A stretch of DNA of 13,863 nucleotides, taken from NCBI RefSeq assembly GCF_006345805.1, contig NW_021826008.1:1-13863 (forward strand), in the 5' to 3' direction. The position numbers and the translations under genes were made by a program. A model generated the notes under the pieces. That model was given only the letters and a program-made list of their open reading frames with translations, had not been told where the DNA came from and did no database searches. Below are positions 1-9,399 of the stretch, piece after piece. Numbering within the stretch: the first letter of the stretch is position 1; each line of letters starts with the position of its first letter. The DNA comes from Octopus sinensis. Its lineage: Eukaryota.

Positions 1-681
1 GACGATAGCTACAAAAGAACATTCGAACGTCGATTTCAAATAAAAACATTGGAAGCTCACTAAGACGTATTTAATGACAAGATTAATCGGATTTTTGGCA
101 TTTTGTATAATTGATAATTTGGAAGAAACTCTTTGCACTTTTATCAGTTCAGTTTCTTAAACTCCGTAGTGGACTTTGGGACTCACAACAATGCGAGTAA
201 GTCAGATTGCAAATTCAAATCTCTTTATGATCATTTAACTTTGAACAATTACAAAAGAGAATTAAGCTGACAAAAACAGTTTGAAAAATGCGAAAATGTA
301 AATCGGTTATTGATCATATGTGCCGTGATTTTGGAAAATCGTGTTTAGAAATAAACTTTTTTTGTATTTAACCAATCAAACAAACTTTAGCGATCAAAAT
401 ATGCTTCCCTTCCTTGCCTTTGCGACCAGTGGTATCATTAATAAGCGTGAACATGCGCTCCTATCAAAACAAGAATCTCTTCCAAGACCTTTGACCCCCG
501 CAAGACGAGCTGGTTATTCCACAAGCTCGTTTGCTGTCTTGCCGGGCAATTGTAAGTCAAACCTTTCGGCAGCAATCTCCTAATTAAATTTGACATTTGA
601 TTTGTATCTTTCGCCGTAAAATAACACAAAAAATTTAGGACGATTTGAATGGATTTTCTTCCAATAATCGTATTTTATTCA

Positions 682-731
682 TCTTAATAATAAAATGGTA
701 TGGTGTGTGTCTGTCTGTCTGTCTGTGTGTG
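682..731 (+). mobile_element. Helitron-like 5' terminus followed by a (TGTC)n/(TG)n microsatellite
   Basis: A|TCTTAATAATAAAATG followed by TGTGTGTCTGTCTGTCTGTCTGTGTGTG. This resembles the 5' ends of non-autonomous Helitrons. No clean hairpin+CTAG 3' end was found; CGGTCAGCTTA at 2300-2310 is a weak candidate. Confidence 0.35.
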
Positions 732-758
732 CACACCAACTGTCAAATTGGCAATACG

Positions 759-1735
759 ATGTCCCTCGACTTACATGATATGTCCTTAAAACCTTCCCCC
801 CCAAAAAAATTAAAAAAAATTTTCTGCATTTTGGTTAAAATGAACAACTACAATGTCCTCGACTTACATGATGAAGTCCTTAAAACCTTCCCCCCAAAAA
901 AATTAAAAAAAAATTTCTGCATTTTGGTTAAAATGAACAACTACAATGTCCTCGACTTACATGATGAAGTCCTTAAAACTTCCCCCCCAAAAAAATTAAA
1001 AAAAAATTTCTGCATTTTGGTTAAAATGAACAACTACAATGTCCTCGACTTACATGATGAAGTCCTTAAAACCTTCCCCCCCAAAAAAATTAAAAAAAAA
1101 TTTTCTGCATTTTGGTTAAAATGAACAACTACAATGTCCTCGACTTACATGATGAAGTCCTTAAAACCTTCCCCCCAAAAAAATTAAAAAAAATTTCTGC
1201 ATTTTGGTTAAAATGAACAACTACAATGTCCTCGACTTACATGATGAGTCCTTAAACCTTCCCCCCCAAAAAAATTAAAAAAAAATTTCTGCATTTTGGT
1301 TAAAATGAACAACTACAATGTCCTCGACTTACATGATGAAGTCCTTAAAACCTTCCCCCCCAAAAAAATTAAAAAAAAATTTTCTGCATTTTGGTTAAAA
1401 TGAAAACTACAATGTCCTCGACTTACATGATGAAGTCCTTAAAACCTTCCCCCCAAAAAAAATTAAAAAAAAATTTTCTGCATTTTGGTTAAAATGAACA
1501 ACTACAATGTCCTCAACTTACATGATGAGTCCTTAAAACCTTCCCCCCCAAAAAAAATTAAAAAAAAATTTCTGCATTTGGTTAAAATGAACAACTACAA
1601 TGTCCTCGACTTACATGAAAAGTCCTTAAAACCTTCCCCCCAAAAAATCAAAAATTATTTTCTGCATTTTGATTAAAATGACAACGCGAATGTCCTCGAC
1701 ATTCATGATGAGGTCCATTAAAACCTTCAGGCAAA
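759..1735. repeat. Tandem array (minisatellite), ~93-bp unit, ~10.5 copies
   Basis: Unit ATGTCCTCGACTTACATGATGAAGTCCTTAAAACCTTC(n)A(n)TTA(n)TTTCTGCATTTTGGTTAAAATGAACAACTACA recurs about every 91-95 nt. Copies differ mainly in homopolymer length, and the edge copies are more diverged. Confidence 0.97.
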
Positions 1736-1933
1736 AATCTCACGTATTAGAATATCCTTGATGAAAACGACAGCGAGAATATTACAATGATGAACTCCCA
1801 ATTATTCGCGATAAAGAAATTCAATTCATCCTATGTTTTTCTCTTTAAAATTAAATGCATATATCATTATCGACCATGAATCAAAATTAAAGCTATTATC
1901 ATATTTGACTTTGACAGAATGCAATCACAGATT

Positions 1934-2136
1934 GCACGACTTGAATAGAGTGTGCAAGTAACAGATTTAGAAAAACCACTTGATAGTTGAAACCACATTA
2001 GCAACAATCATTAACACAATTTACCACCAATTGACGCACGATCTTGAATAGAGTGTGCAATTAACAGATTTTGAAAAACACTTTGATAGTTGAAACCACA
2101 TTAACACAACCATTAACACATTTACCACCAATTGAC
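1934..2136. repeat. Imperfect tandem duplication, ~102-bp unit, 2 copies
   Basis: GCACGA(T)CTTGAATAGAGTGTGCAA...TTTACCACCAATTGAC at 1934-2035 and 2036-2136. Confidence 0.9.
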
Positions 2137-2319
2137 AGCGCAATCAGAAGAATTTGCGTAAAATATTAACTATTTACTTGAGTTTTTCGTAAAGATAGAA
2201 TTTATTTTCGGTATGCCTCTTTTCCTAAACTTTTTTATTATTCAAAAATAATTTTTTTAAATAGATAACCGAAGGAGGAAAACGAAGCTGAAGAAAAAAC
2301 GGTCAGCTTAATAAGGTAA

Positions 2320-3000
2320 TTAATTAAATCTTTTTTGTGTGTCGCTTTCTTGCCTGCCGCATTTCCGCCTGCCGTATCTCCCGTATTCTAAGTTATTGCC
2401 CCGCATATACAAATCTGTAATGTCATCTAAATTTTTTGGATAATTGGATTTGGAAAATTCCCAGATTGCTGAATTAATCCCATTTAAAATTTCCTTCTTT
2501 AGTAACTGATAAGGCACTTTTCTTGTTGGCTTTCGTAAATCACGTGGGATTGATTTTACTTTCTCAATTTGGGAACAAAATTCCTCATAACATTTTCTAA
2601 AATTGGAGACTTCAGTTTTTGGGTCATTTGCATCAGATAATTTGTCCATGGAAATTTTAGCCTTTTTTCCGTTGACTTTCAATAACATCTTTATGTTAGA
2701 AACTGACTTGGTAGAAGAGAACTTTTCATTGAAAGCTTTTGTTATAAGAGGCCATCCTCCATACGGTATTCGATCGAATTTTGATTTAATAGCTTGAACT
2801 GCTTCATGGATCCATTCCAGTTTGTCATCCGTTTGTACTTGATCCATAATTGCTCGTAAAGATAGTAGTCTTGTTCGAAAAACAGGTTCTATAACACAGG
2901 GATGAGGTTCGATGTCGATTTCTTGAGCTTCATGCTGCCCCCTGACCACTTTCTCTACGTTAGTAGTGTTTTCTCTATCAATATTCTTAGCGATAATGCC
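2320..3000 (-). pseudogene. Probable N-terminal (Myb-like) region of an R4/NeSL-type non-LTR retrotransposon ORF, truncated before RT
   Basis: Long open frame with WPLITKAFNEKFSSTKSVSNIK (Myb/SANT-like W..I...FN..F pattern) and RKPTRKVP...IN...PKNLDDITDLY. No RT motifs follow. Assignment is by recalled resemblance only. Confidence 0.4.
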
Positions 3001-3099
3001 ATTTCTCTCACTAGTAGGGTACCATCCCTCGAACCCGTAGGTAAGCACTGGGTCGAAGCACGTTTTATAAACAAATAAAAACGTTTCCGGACTAAAGTG
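3001..3099 (-). mobile_element. Short LINE ORF2 post-RT (thumb) fragment
   Basis: Translates HFSPETFLFVYKTCFDPVLTYGFEGWY, matching the YK.xI.PxLxYG.ExW motif downstream of non-LTR RT domain 7. Confidence 0.6.
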
Positions 3100-3208
3100 G
3101 AAGTGAATTATGAATTTGATATTTTATGACTGTGTCAGAGAAAAACCCACCCCTGGCATTCGAGATCTGGAATATTAAGTTGTATTTAATCATTATTTAG
3201 CAAATTAA

Positions 3209-3415
3209 CTCCAAGATGACATTGAAAAGACTGCATCACAATTAACAGAGCTTGGTTCACTCTCTTTGGTTCGTACAGATCTTTTGTCATACTATATTGG
3301 TTTAAGTAAGTTCCACAGTCATCTGCCACCAATTTACTAAATAATTAAGATTAATTTATTCAAGTTTAATGCAACTTGGGTCACTCGTCTTCTGAAAAAG
3401 TTAAATTTGTTGACT
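3209..3415 (+). pseudogene. Possible CENP-B/Tc5-type HTH remnant of a pogo-like transposase
   Basis: One frame with a single TAA ending in FKFNATWVTRLLKKLNL, similar to the FKxSxxWxxRFxKRxxL motif. Confidence 0.25.
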
Positions 3416-3923
3416 TAAATAGCAATATCAAAAAAATGACAAATTGGGAAATTAATTTTCTTTAAAAATAAAATGAATAACAACGTCATTAAGAAATGCC
3501 AAATGGCATAAAAAAGCTCATTCGAAACGTAAAGAAAAAAAGTAAATTTACAAAAAATAACACTCATAGATGAATTAAAACACAAAACTGATTACCAACC
3601 CGTAATAGCGACCACTCCAATGCAGTTAACCATTATTGAACTCCAAAAACAAACCCGTAAACAGATGACCGTACAGGAGAAACTCCTGCAAGTGACAGTT
3701 TTGACGTTCTGTCCCAATCAGAGGCCAACTACTTAGTCCTAAACCAGAAATTACTTGACAGAGCTAAATAATCGAAAATCCACCAACATATGCCCCTTCA
3801 GAACACAGCCTTAGTCTTGAATCTATCAAAGCTCTAATTCAAAGAAAGCCTTACAAACCTTGTGTTAAACCACATTCAACAAGCGCGTTTGTACTTTCCT
3901 CAATTATATTTAGTATAATTTGT

Positions 3924-4306
3924 ATGTTTATATTTTAGCTGTAATCGCACTTTTGGTTCACCATAACGCATTCAGACCACAAATGAACGACATTAAGCCC
4001 ATTGAACAGATTTGTGAAAAAATGTCTCTACATATATTGATCACAAATAACCAAGTGAATGTCACATATATGAAGGCTCTGAATGCTGGATGGTTGGAAT
4101 ATGAGAATTCAGATGTCAACGAACTTAGATATTTTATTGGTTCGAATATAAAAAATGTCGGAATATTTGGACCTGGATATTATCTTGTGAATAGAAATGA
4201 TAAAGAAGGAACAAAATACATAATGCATAGATTTATTGGAAAATATGAATATCCGATGGGATTTGTGGAAATAGTTTGCAACAAATATTTGTTGCCTTTT
4301 AAGTAA
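3924..4306 (+). CDS. Small putative secreted protein (~128 aa), function unknown
   Basis: Open frame 3920-4306. ATG at 3924 joins it if one T is added to the T-run at 3933-3936, giving the hydrophobic leader MFIFLAVIALLV. AATAAA lies at 4325-4330 just after the stop. Confidence 0.5.
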
Positions 4307-4656
4307 ATTACTTTTTGATGTACAAATAAATTTATCTGAAAAAATTATCTTTTATAAATACAGATAAGCTGTTTTTAATCTAAATATTCTTTTTGTAGTG
4401 ATTAGGCAGAATATAAAAAGGAATGTCGCTGAACTAATTATTAATATCTGTAAGCACTTTACTAAACTGCCGGTGGTTGAGGGGATGCCCTCTGACCATA
4501 TTCAAAGAGAATTTGTAGTAGTTTTATAAAGATATCTTTACTTGTATCAGTTCGAGAAATTCTTCATAAATATTAAAATTTGAATTACAGGCTCTAACAA
4601 ATATTGCTAATTGTGCAATTTGCGCATTGGAGCTTCTTGGTTAATAAGCAACTTAA

Positions 4657-6165
4657 TACACTTTTTATCAAAAAATACAGATTTTAACTTATAAAAATCA
4701 AAATGAAGATGTTTCATGTCAGTATTTGGCTGATAGATTTTCCCATTTGTTTAAAAAGAAGATTTCCAGAAAAACAATTAATAATATTATTTTGAAAAAA
4801 GATTTTTTCTCAAAGAGTGTAAAAAACAAAATCTATCTTCAAAAAATGCGCATAGACTCAAGTTCCCACAGCTTGATGCTATGTTAGTTGAATGGATGGA
4901 TTCGATTGAGTCTAAAGGTAATTTGTACTAATTTATGATTAAGGTGGCTTTCTTAATGATGCTTTAATTTCAAATAAGGCTAATTTATTCGCAGCTGAAT
5001 TAAAACTGGATAATTTTAAAAACTCAAATGGATACCTTCATAAATTCAAAAAGAGGCATGGTTTTCGAATGACCAAGTTACATGGAGAAATGAGAACTAA
5101 TGATCCAGTAGATGTCGACTTATTTATCGAAAAATTCATAGAAATATCAAAGAGTTATAATGCCGATCAAATTTATAACTTGGACGAAACGGGATTGTAC
5201 TACAAGCTGATTCCTTCGAAGAGTATTTGTAGAAACAGATTTCAAGGATATAAAAATTTCAAAGATCGTGTTTCTATTATGCTATGTTCAAATATGAGTG
5301 GAAATCATAAATTGAAACCTGTGATGATCTCGAAACCTAAAATGCCAAGATGCTTTAAATCTTATGACTATAAATGTTTCATTGATTATTATAGCTCAAA
5401 ACGAGCTTGGATGACAGGAACAATTTTTACTAACTGGCTATTAAACTTTGATTACCATCTCAAAAATGAAAAAAAGCAAATTTTACTTCTCATGGACAAT
5501 TGTCCTTCACATTGTGTTCCATCAAATTTGGATAACATAAAAATATTGTTTTTTCCTCCAAATAGTACTGGTCTTATTCAACCTATAGATTTGGGTATAA
5601 TAAAAACATTTAAAACACATTTTACTTGACACAAGTTAATGTATTTGACTGATTTGTTGGAACAGCAAAATATTTCAGTATACAGTTCCTACAAAAAGTT
5701 AACTCTAAAGGATACTGTAATTTTCGTAAAAATGGCTTGGGAAGATGTGTCTGAAAAAACGATTGCAAATTGTTTCGGAATTTTAAGCAACCCATTCAAA
5801 AAGAATCATGTAGTTGAAGTTCAAGATATTGCAGTAGAAAAAACTGACATTTTTGATCCCTTAGAAGTCGAAAAATTTCTTAATTTTGAATATTCTGAAA
5901 ATGATACATTTCAAGACGTTGAGGATATTGAAAATATAAAAAATGAAGAAGAAGTAGAAGCTGAAGTAGAATCCAATGATTCAATTGACAAAGAAGACAT
6001 TGTGGTTAAGTTAACTAAAATTGAAAACGAGCTCCTAAAAACATTGAGAACGAACATGAAGTTCAATTGATTACATCCATAAGGCGCTATAAGGAAAATG
6101 TCATTAAAACTCAAAAAAAGCAGATGGGCATCCAATTCTACTTTAAGAACATTAATAATGCTTAA
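4657..6165 (+). pseudogene. pogo-type DD30D transposase (N-terminal HTH, CENP-B HTH, DDE_1 domain, acidic tail, PIP box)
   Basis: KFPQLDAMLVEW, FKNSNGYLHKFKKRHG, YNLDETGLYY, LLMDNCPSH and QPIDLGII, with 30 residues between the 2nd and 3rd Asp; C-terminal QMGIQFYF. Disrupted by frameshifts at ~4805 and ~6040 and by a TGA at 5627-5629. No start codon is visible. Confidence 0.93.
4918..4943 (+). other. 26-nt spliceosomal intron in the pogo transposase
   Basis: GTAATTTGTACTAATTTATGATTAAG has a GT donor, a TACTAAT branch-like motif and an AG acceptor. Removal joins ...EWMDSIESK-G-GFLNDALIS... in frame within the CENP-B HTH. Confidence 0.75.
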
Positions 6166-6359
6166 TTACTTAAAATTTTCTGGATAAAAGTTGTTCTTAT
6201 TCAAAATTTAATTTACACAAAAGATTGATTTTATTTCTCAAATTGGCCATTTCTCGAATTGACCACAAAAACACGTGGAACCAAAAATGGCCAATTTCAG
6301 AGGAGTCACTGTACCTTCGAAATAATTGTATGATTAGATTGATAATGCCTTTTAGGTTG

Positions 6360-6510
6360 TATTCTTTCTTGAAACATTCCAGTCCGCTGGTTATCACTTC
6401 ACAAAGTTGTTAAAAGATTTCATTTTTGAGATCGGATTTAATTTAGTTTCTCTTAAATGAGAAATTATTATAAATGCGGGCCTCGAAACGAAATGAGTTT
6501 GACACCCCTG
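6360..6510 (+). mobile_element. hAT (Charlie/Buster-type) remnant: RW-motif fragment plus right TIR
   Basis: YSFLKH/VRWLSLHKVVKRF (6360-6420, one frameshift) matches the hAT HxxVRWLSxxxVLxRF motif. GAGTTTGACACCCCTG (6495-6510) is the reverse complement of CAGGGGTGTCAAACTC and is followed by CTCTAGAT, fitting the NTCTAGAN target preference. Confidence 0.75.
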
Positions 6511-7204
6511 CTCTAGATAGCTGAAATAAGGATAAAAAGAAGTGCAATCAAAAAAAGGACAATACAACCGGCTACACAATCAAAATTGGAAAGCCTGACA
6601 ATATTCTTTTCTGCTTGTTTTTCATAACTCACTGCACATATTGACTTATTATAGGGTTGACTATCAAATTGGTATCTGGCCGTTTCATCATCATCGGTCA
6701 CCTACTACGTTCGTTTCTAATCCAAAATTTAATTTGTATAAAGAGGTAGATTTTCTCAGCCCACAGTTGAAAGATGATTCAAAATTGGGTGGGAAATAGA
6801 GTGTTGAAGACAAAAAAAACTTTGGAAACTGAAGCCTCTAGTATTTTTGATTGGCTTAACTCTGAAAATCACTAAGAAACTGAGGGCATCCCAAGAAAAG
6901 ATGGGAAAAACATCAAAACGCTTGAAAAGGAAAAAAGTTCTGCCCAACGCATGTGAAACAGTCCCTCAAAAGTCAGACCCGCCGCCACTATTGTACAGAC
7001 TTCGAACAGAAAGTTCAAACCTGAATTGAGTAAACTCATGAAATTCTACGCCGGAATCAGCCAAAAATCATCTAAAGATAAACTCATATATATATAAACA
7101 ATAAACCAAAAAAATCAACTCACGCATTTATACCTGCCAAAAGACCTTAACAACCAGAAGCACATCACCCCGATTCAATTCCTCACAAAAACTGCTCCCC
7201 GCCC

Positions 7205-8426
7205 GTTCTGCCAAATCTATGTAGATTCTTGATATGACAATTCCCAGACCCAATTACGGAGAGTCTGTCCTTCTGGAGCTTCATACACAACAAGACCAAA
7301 TGTGAAAGAATAAGACTCATGGCCAGGATCGCATGTAGCCCAGTTTTTGGCAGAAACACCATAAACAGCTTCCCGAGTCTAATTGAGAAGCCTTCTTTAC
7401 TCAATTTATCCTCCTCTACAAACACATTGCTGAAGGGGCTGATTAATAATAGAATGAAAGAGACATACACATTAACAACGAAGCTGTAAAGGATATTCTC
7501 ACAGTACATTTTGAAAACAAAAGTGACTTTTTTGACCACATGAGTTAAATATTGTTGGGCATTAACGAACGAGTGCGGAAAATCAGAAGAAAGCAATGGA
7601 CATATAACCTTGCTTGTAAAACAGGAGTACAACAGGTGGTCTATGACCGGCTCTGGACAACACGCGTATATTGGGAGTGAAACGTCAGAGCACACTTCTT
7701 TATATAAAAGCGCTGAAAAGTCAACATCTTTTTCTATATTGAATCCAGCACTTCGTTTAAGCCGTGCAATAAACTGGTTCATCAGGAAGAATTCAAATCT
7801 TACTTCCAGGGGCTCACTGATGGCATCAGCCTGTCATTCTTTTATAACACCATATTCAGGAAATACGAGAGAAAAGACTTGTATTACGCACACCGTATTG
7901 CAAGTGAATATTTGATGAACATAATGGATATGAAGACATTAAAACCATTGAACATTTTATACAATTCAGAGAACTTCGTCAAATACGTTCTTACAATAGC
8001 AAGCTTCAGGGGAGGAAGCAATCCCCCTTCTAGTAAATGCCTATCACAAACATTGAACAATGCACTTCAACACTTATACACGATGAAGCGAATGGACAAG
8101 GTACACCGAAGTGTACTATCACGGAAAATTATTATTTTAGAGACCCTATAATTTTAGGGGTGTTGCTGGTTGGCATGCATGTAGCAATCAATTACTTTGG
8201 TGGGGGAGAGATTGAAAAACTGGGAAAAGATTATATACAAGGTGTGATAGCAGAAATAATAAGGAATCAAACGATGGATACATTTTATGAAATGCAGACT
8301 CGAACTTTTGGAAAAAGAGTGATTGATTATGCACTTTGTGAGAGTGAAGTGAGACATGCATTGCGATCGATCGGAAAATTAACTGATATTCATCCACACT
8401 CTGACACATATAAATACAACGAGTAG
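7205..8426 (+). pseudogene. L: Endogenous viral element: fragmented rhabdovirus-like (Mononegavirales) L protein, capping/PRNTase and connector domains
   Basis: RFLI*QFPDPITESLSFWSFIH (7223-7288), AYIGSETSEHTS...ALRLSRAINWFI (7664-7783), YFQGLTDG (7801-7824), SNPPSSKCL and ALCESEVRHA (8331-8360). These match, in order, vesiculovirus L motifs as recalled: [34 protein letters not shown]...ATRLRDAISWFV, FLKGLLDG, SYPTSNRDM and LLCPEEIRHA. Confidence 0.9.
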
Positions 8427-8779
8427 AGTTAAAAAATGTTAAGTTTTTTAAATTTTTAGCAATTATCTTGAGTCAGTAATTAGTGTCAAACTAGGTGGGT
8501 CAACTATGTGTTTTAGGTGGTTTTGCTCGAAAGATATTGCTATGTCAAACAAGTATATGATGTGGACAATATTCACAACAATTTCTTTAACTGAAATGTA
8601 AAGAATTTTGTCTCTGTTCTTCATTTATTTGAAAAAAACATGCTTGACTTACTTTTTGAATTTGTGATGAACTGAAGCCGAACAAAGACGGCTTATTATT
8701 ACTACGCAATATTTGTAGTACATTTAATAATTATAAAGGAAAATTACAATTCGACGATTTAATCAGCGTCTTTATATTC

Positions 8780-9395
8780 TGGGAGAGAAAGGGAATACTT
8801 CTCCGCCAAGCACGGAGGGAGGAACCTTTCCGCCAAAATGTGGAACCTCCCGTAAAAACTAAGGGCACAAAGTTTAGGAGCAGTGAGTGAAATAAGCATG
8901 TCCGGTTGGAGTGACTGAGTGTTGTTATTCCCGTCCACCCGAGAGGAATATTCACACTCGCTACTTGTATTCCGGCTGTTGAAGAGTTACTGTCTGCATG
9001 TCAAAAAAAGAGCAAAAGCCATCGCAGCTCTCTGCCTCTTAGGAAGCATGCATCTGGACCCAAGAAGTTTTTTCTTCGTGTTCCACGCAACCATCCTATC
9101 AAGCTTGGTGTACGAGATGGAAGCGTGGTACTACTCGAAAGATCTTGAGAAAATTAACAAGAAATGCATAAAGATCCGGCGCTATGCTCTAAAGCTAGCT
9201 TACAGGCTTGACTCGCAAGGCCCGGTCCCAAGTTTGGCGGAGACCAAGTCCCCGGAGATACGGCAGGTCATTGAGAAATCTATCCGGTCTTTCTGGACAA
9301 GATCTCAACCTATTTCATTCTCTTCTTTGCAAACTTTCGGAACTGGCTTTCTACAAGGTGACCAATCATAGGAAAAAATTCCTGACAGCTCGGTA
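8780..9395 (+). mobile_element. LINE (non-LTR retrotransposon) ORF2 fragment, post-RT thumb region
   Basis: HVKKRAKAIAAL...FVFHATILSSLVYEMEAWY...RRYALKLAY...LAET is typical of the region after RT domain 7. The upstream REYFS...AKMWNL resembles the endonuclease-RT linker. The RT core is absent. Confidence 0.7.
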
Positions 9396-9399
9396 ATTT

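Larger units (their letters stand above)
4547..6311 (+). mobile_element. pogo/Tigger-family DNA transposon, right end intact, left TIR missing
   Basis: Right end reads TA|CAGTGACTCCTCTGAAATTGGCCA on the minus strand (6311-6288), with subterminal repeats ATTTCTCAAATTGGCCA and ATTTCTCGAATTGACCA (6233-6265). Only a partial subterminal motif TCAGTTCGAGAAAT (4547-4560) remains on the left. Confidence 0.85.

Noticed and set aside
1-640. Short ORFs 341-583 (+) and 438-629 (-)
   Set aside because: No recognisable motifs, non-ATG or weak starts, and scattered stops in neighbouring frames. Left unassigned.
645-1676. Repetitive ORFs 645-1124 and 1485-1676 as a repeat protein, or the array as a CRISPR
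   Set aside because: The frames arise from a 93-nt unit and break at variable homopolymers. The units have no unique spacers and the context is eukaryotic.
3922-3938. 17-nt GTATGT...TTTTAG as a micro-intron
   Set aside because: Splicing gives no nearby upstream ATG. A one-base homopolymer fix with the ATG at 3924 explains the leader more simply.
6652-6704. TAGGGTTGAC...GTCACCTA imperfect inverted repeat as a tiny hAT MITE
   Set aside because: Too short and mismatched, with no target duplication.
7183-7782. 199-aa minus-strand ORF
   Set aside because: Antisense shadow of the viral L fragment; the conserved motifs are all on the plus strand.
8630-8638. TGAAAAAAA as a rhabdovirus gene-end/polyadenylation signal
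   Set aside because: It lies ~200 bp past recognisable L homology, has no following AACAG-type start signal, and is expected by chance in AT-rich DNA.
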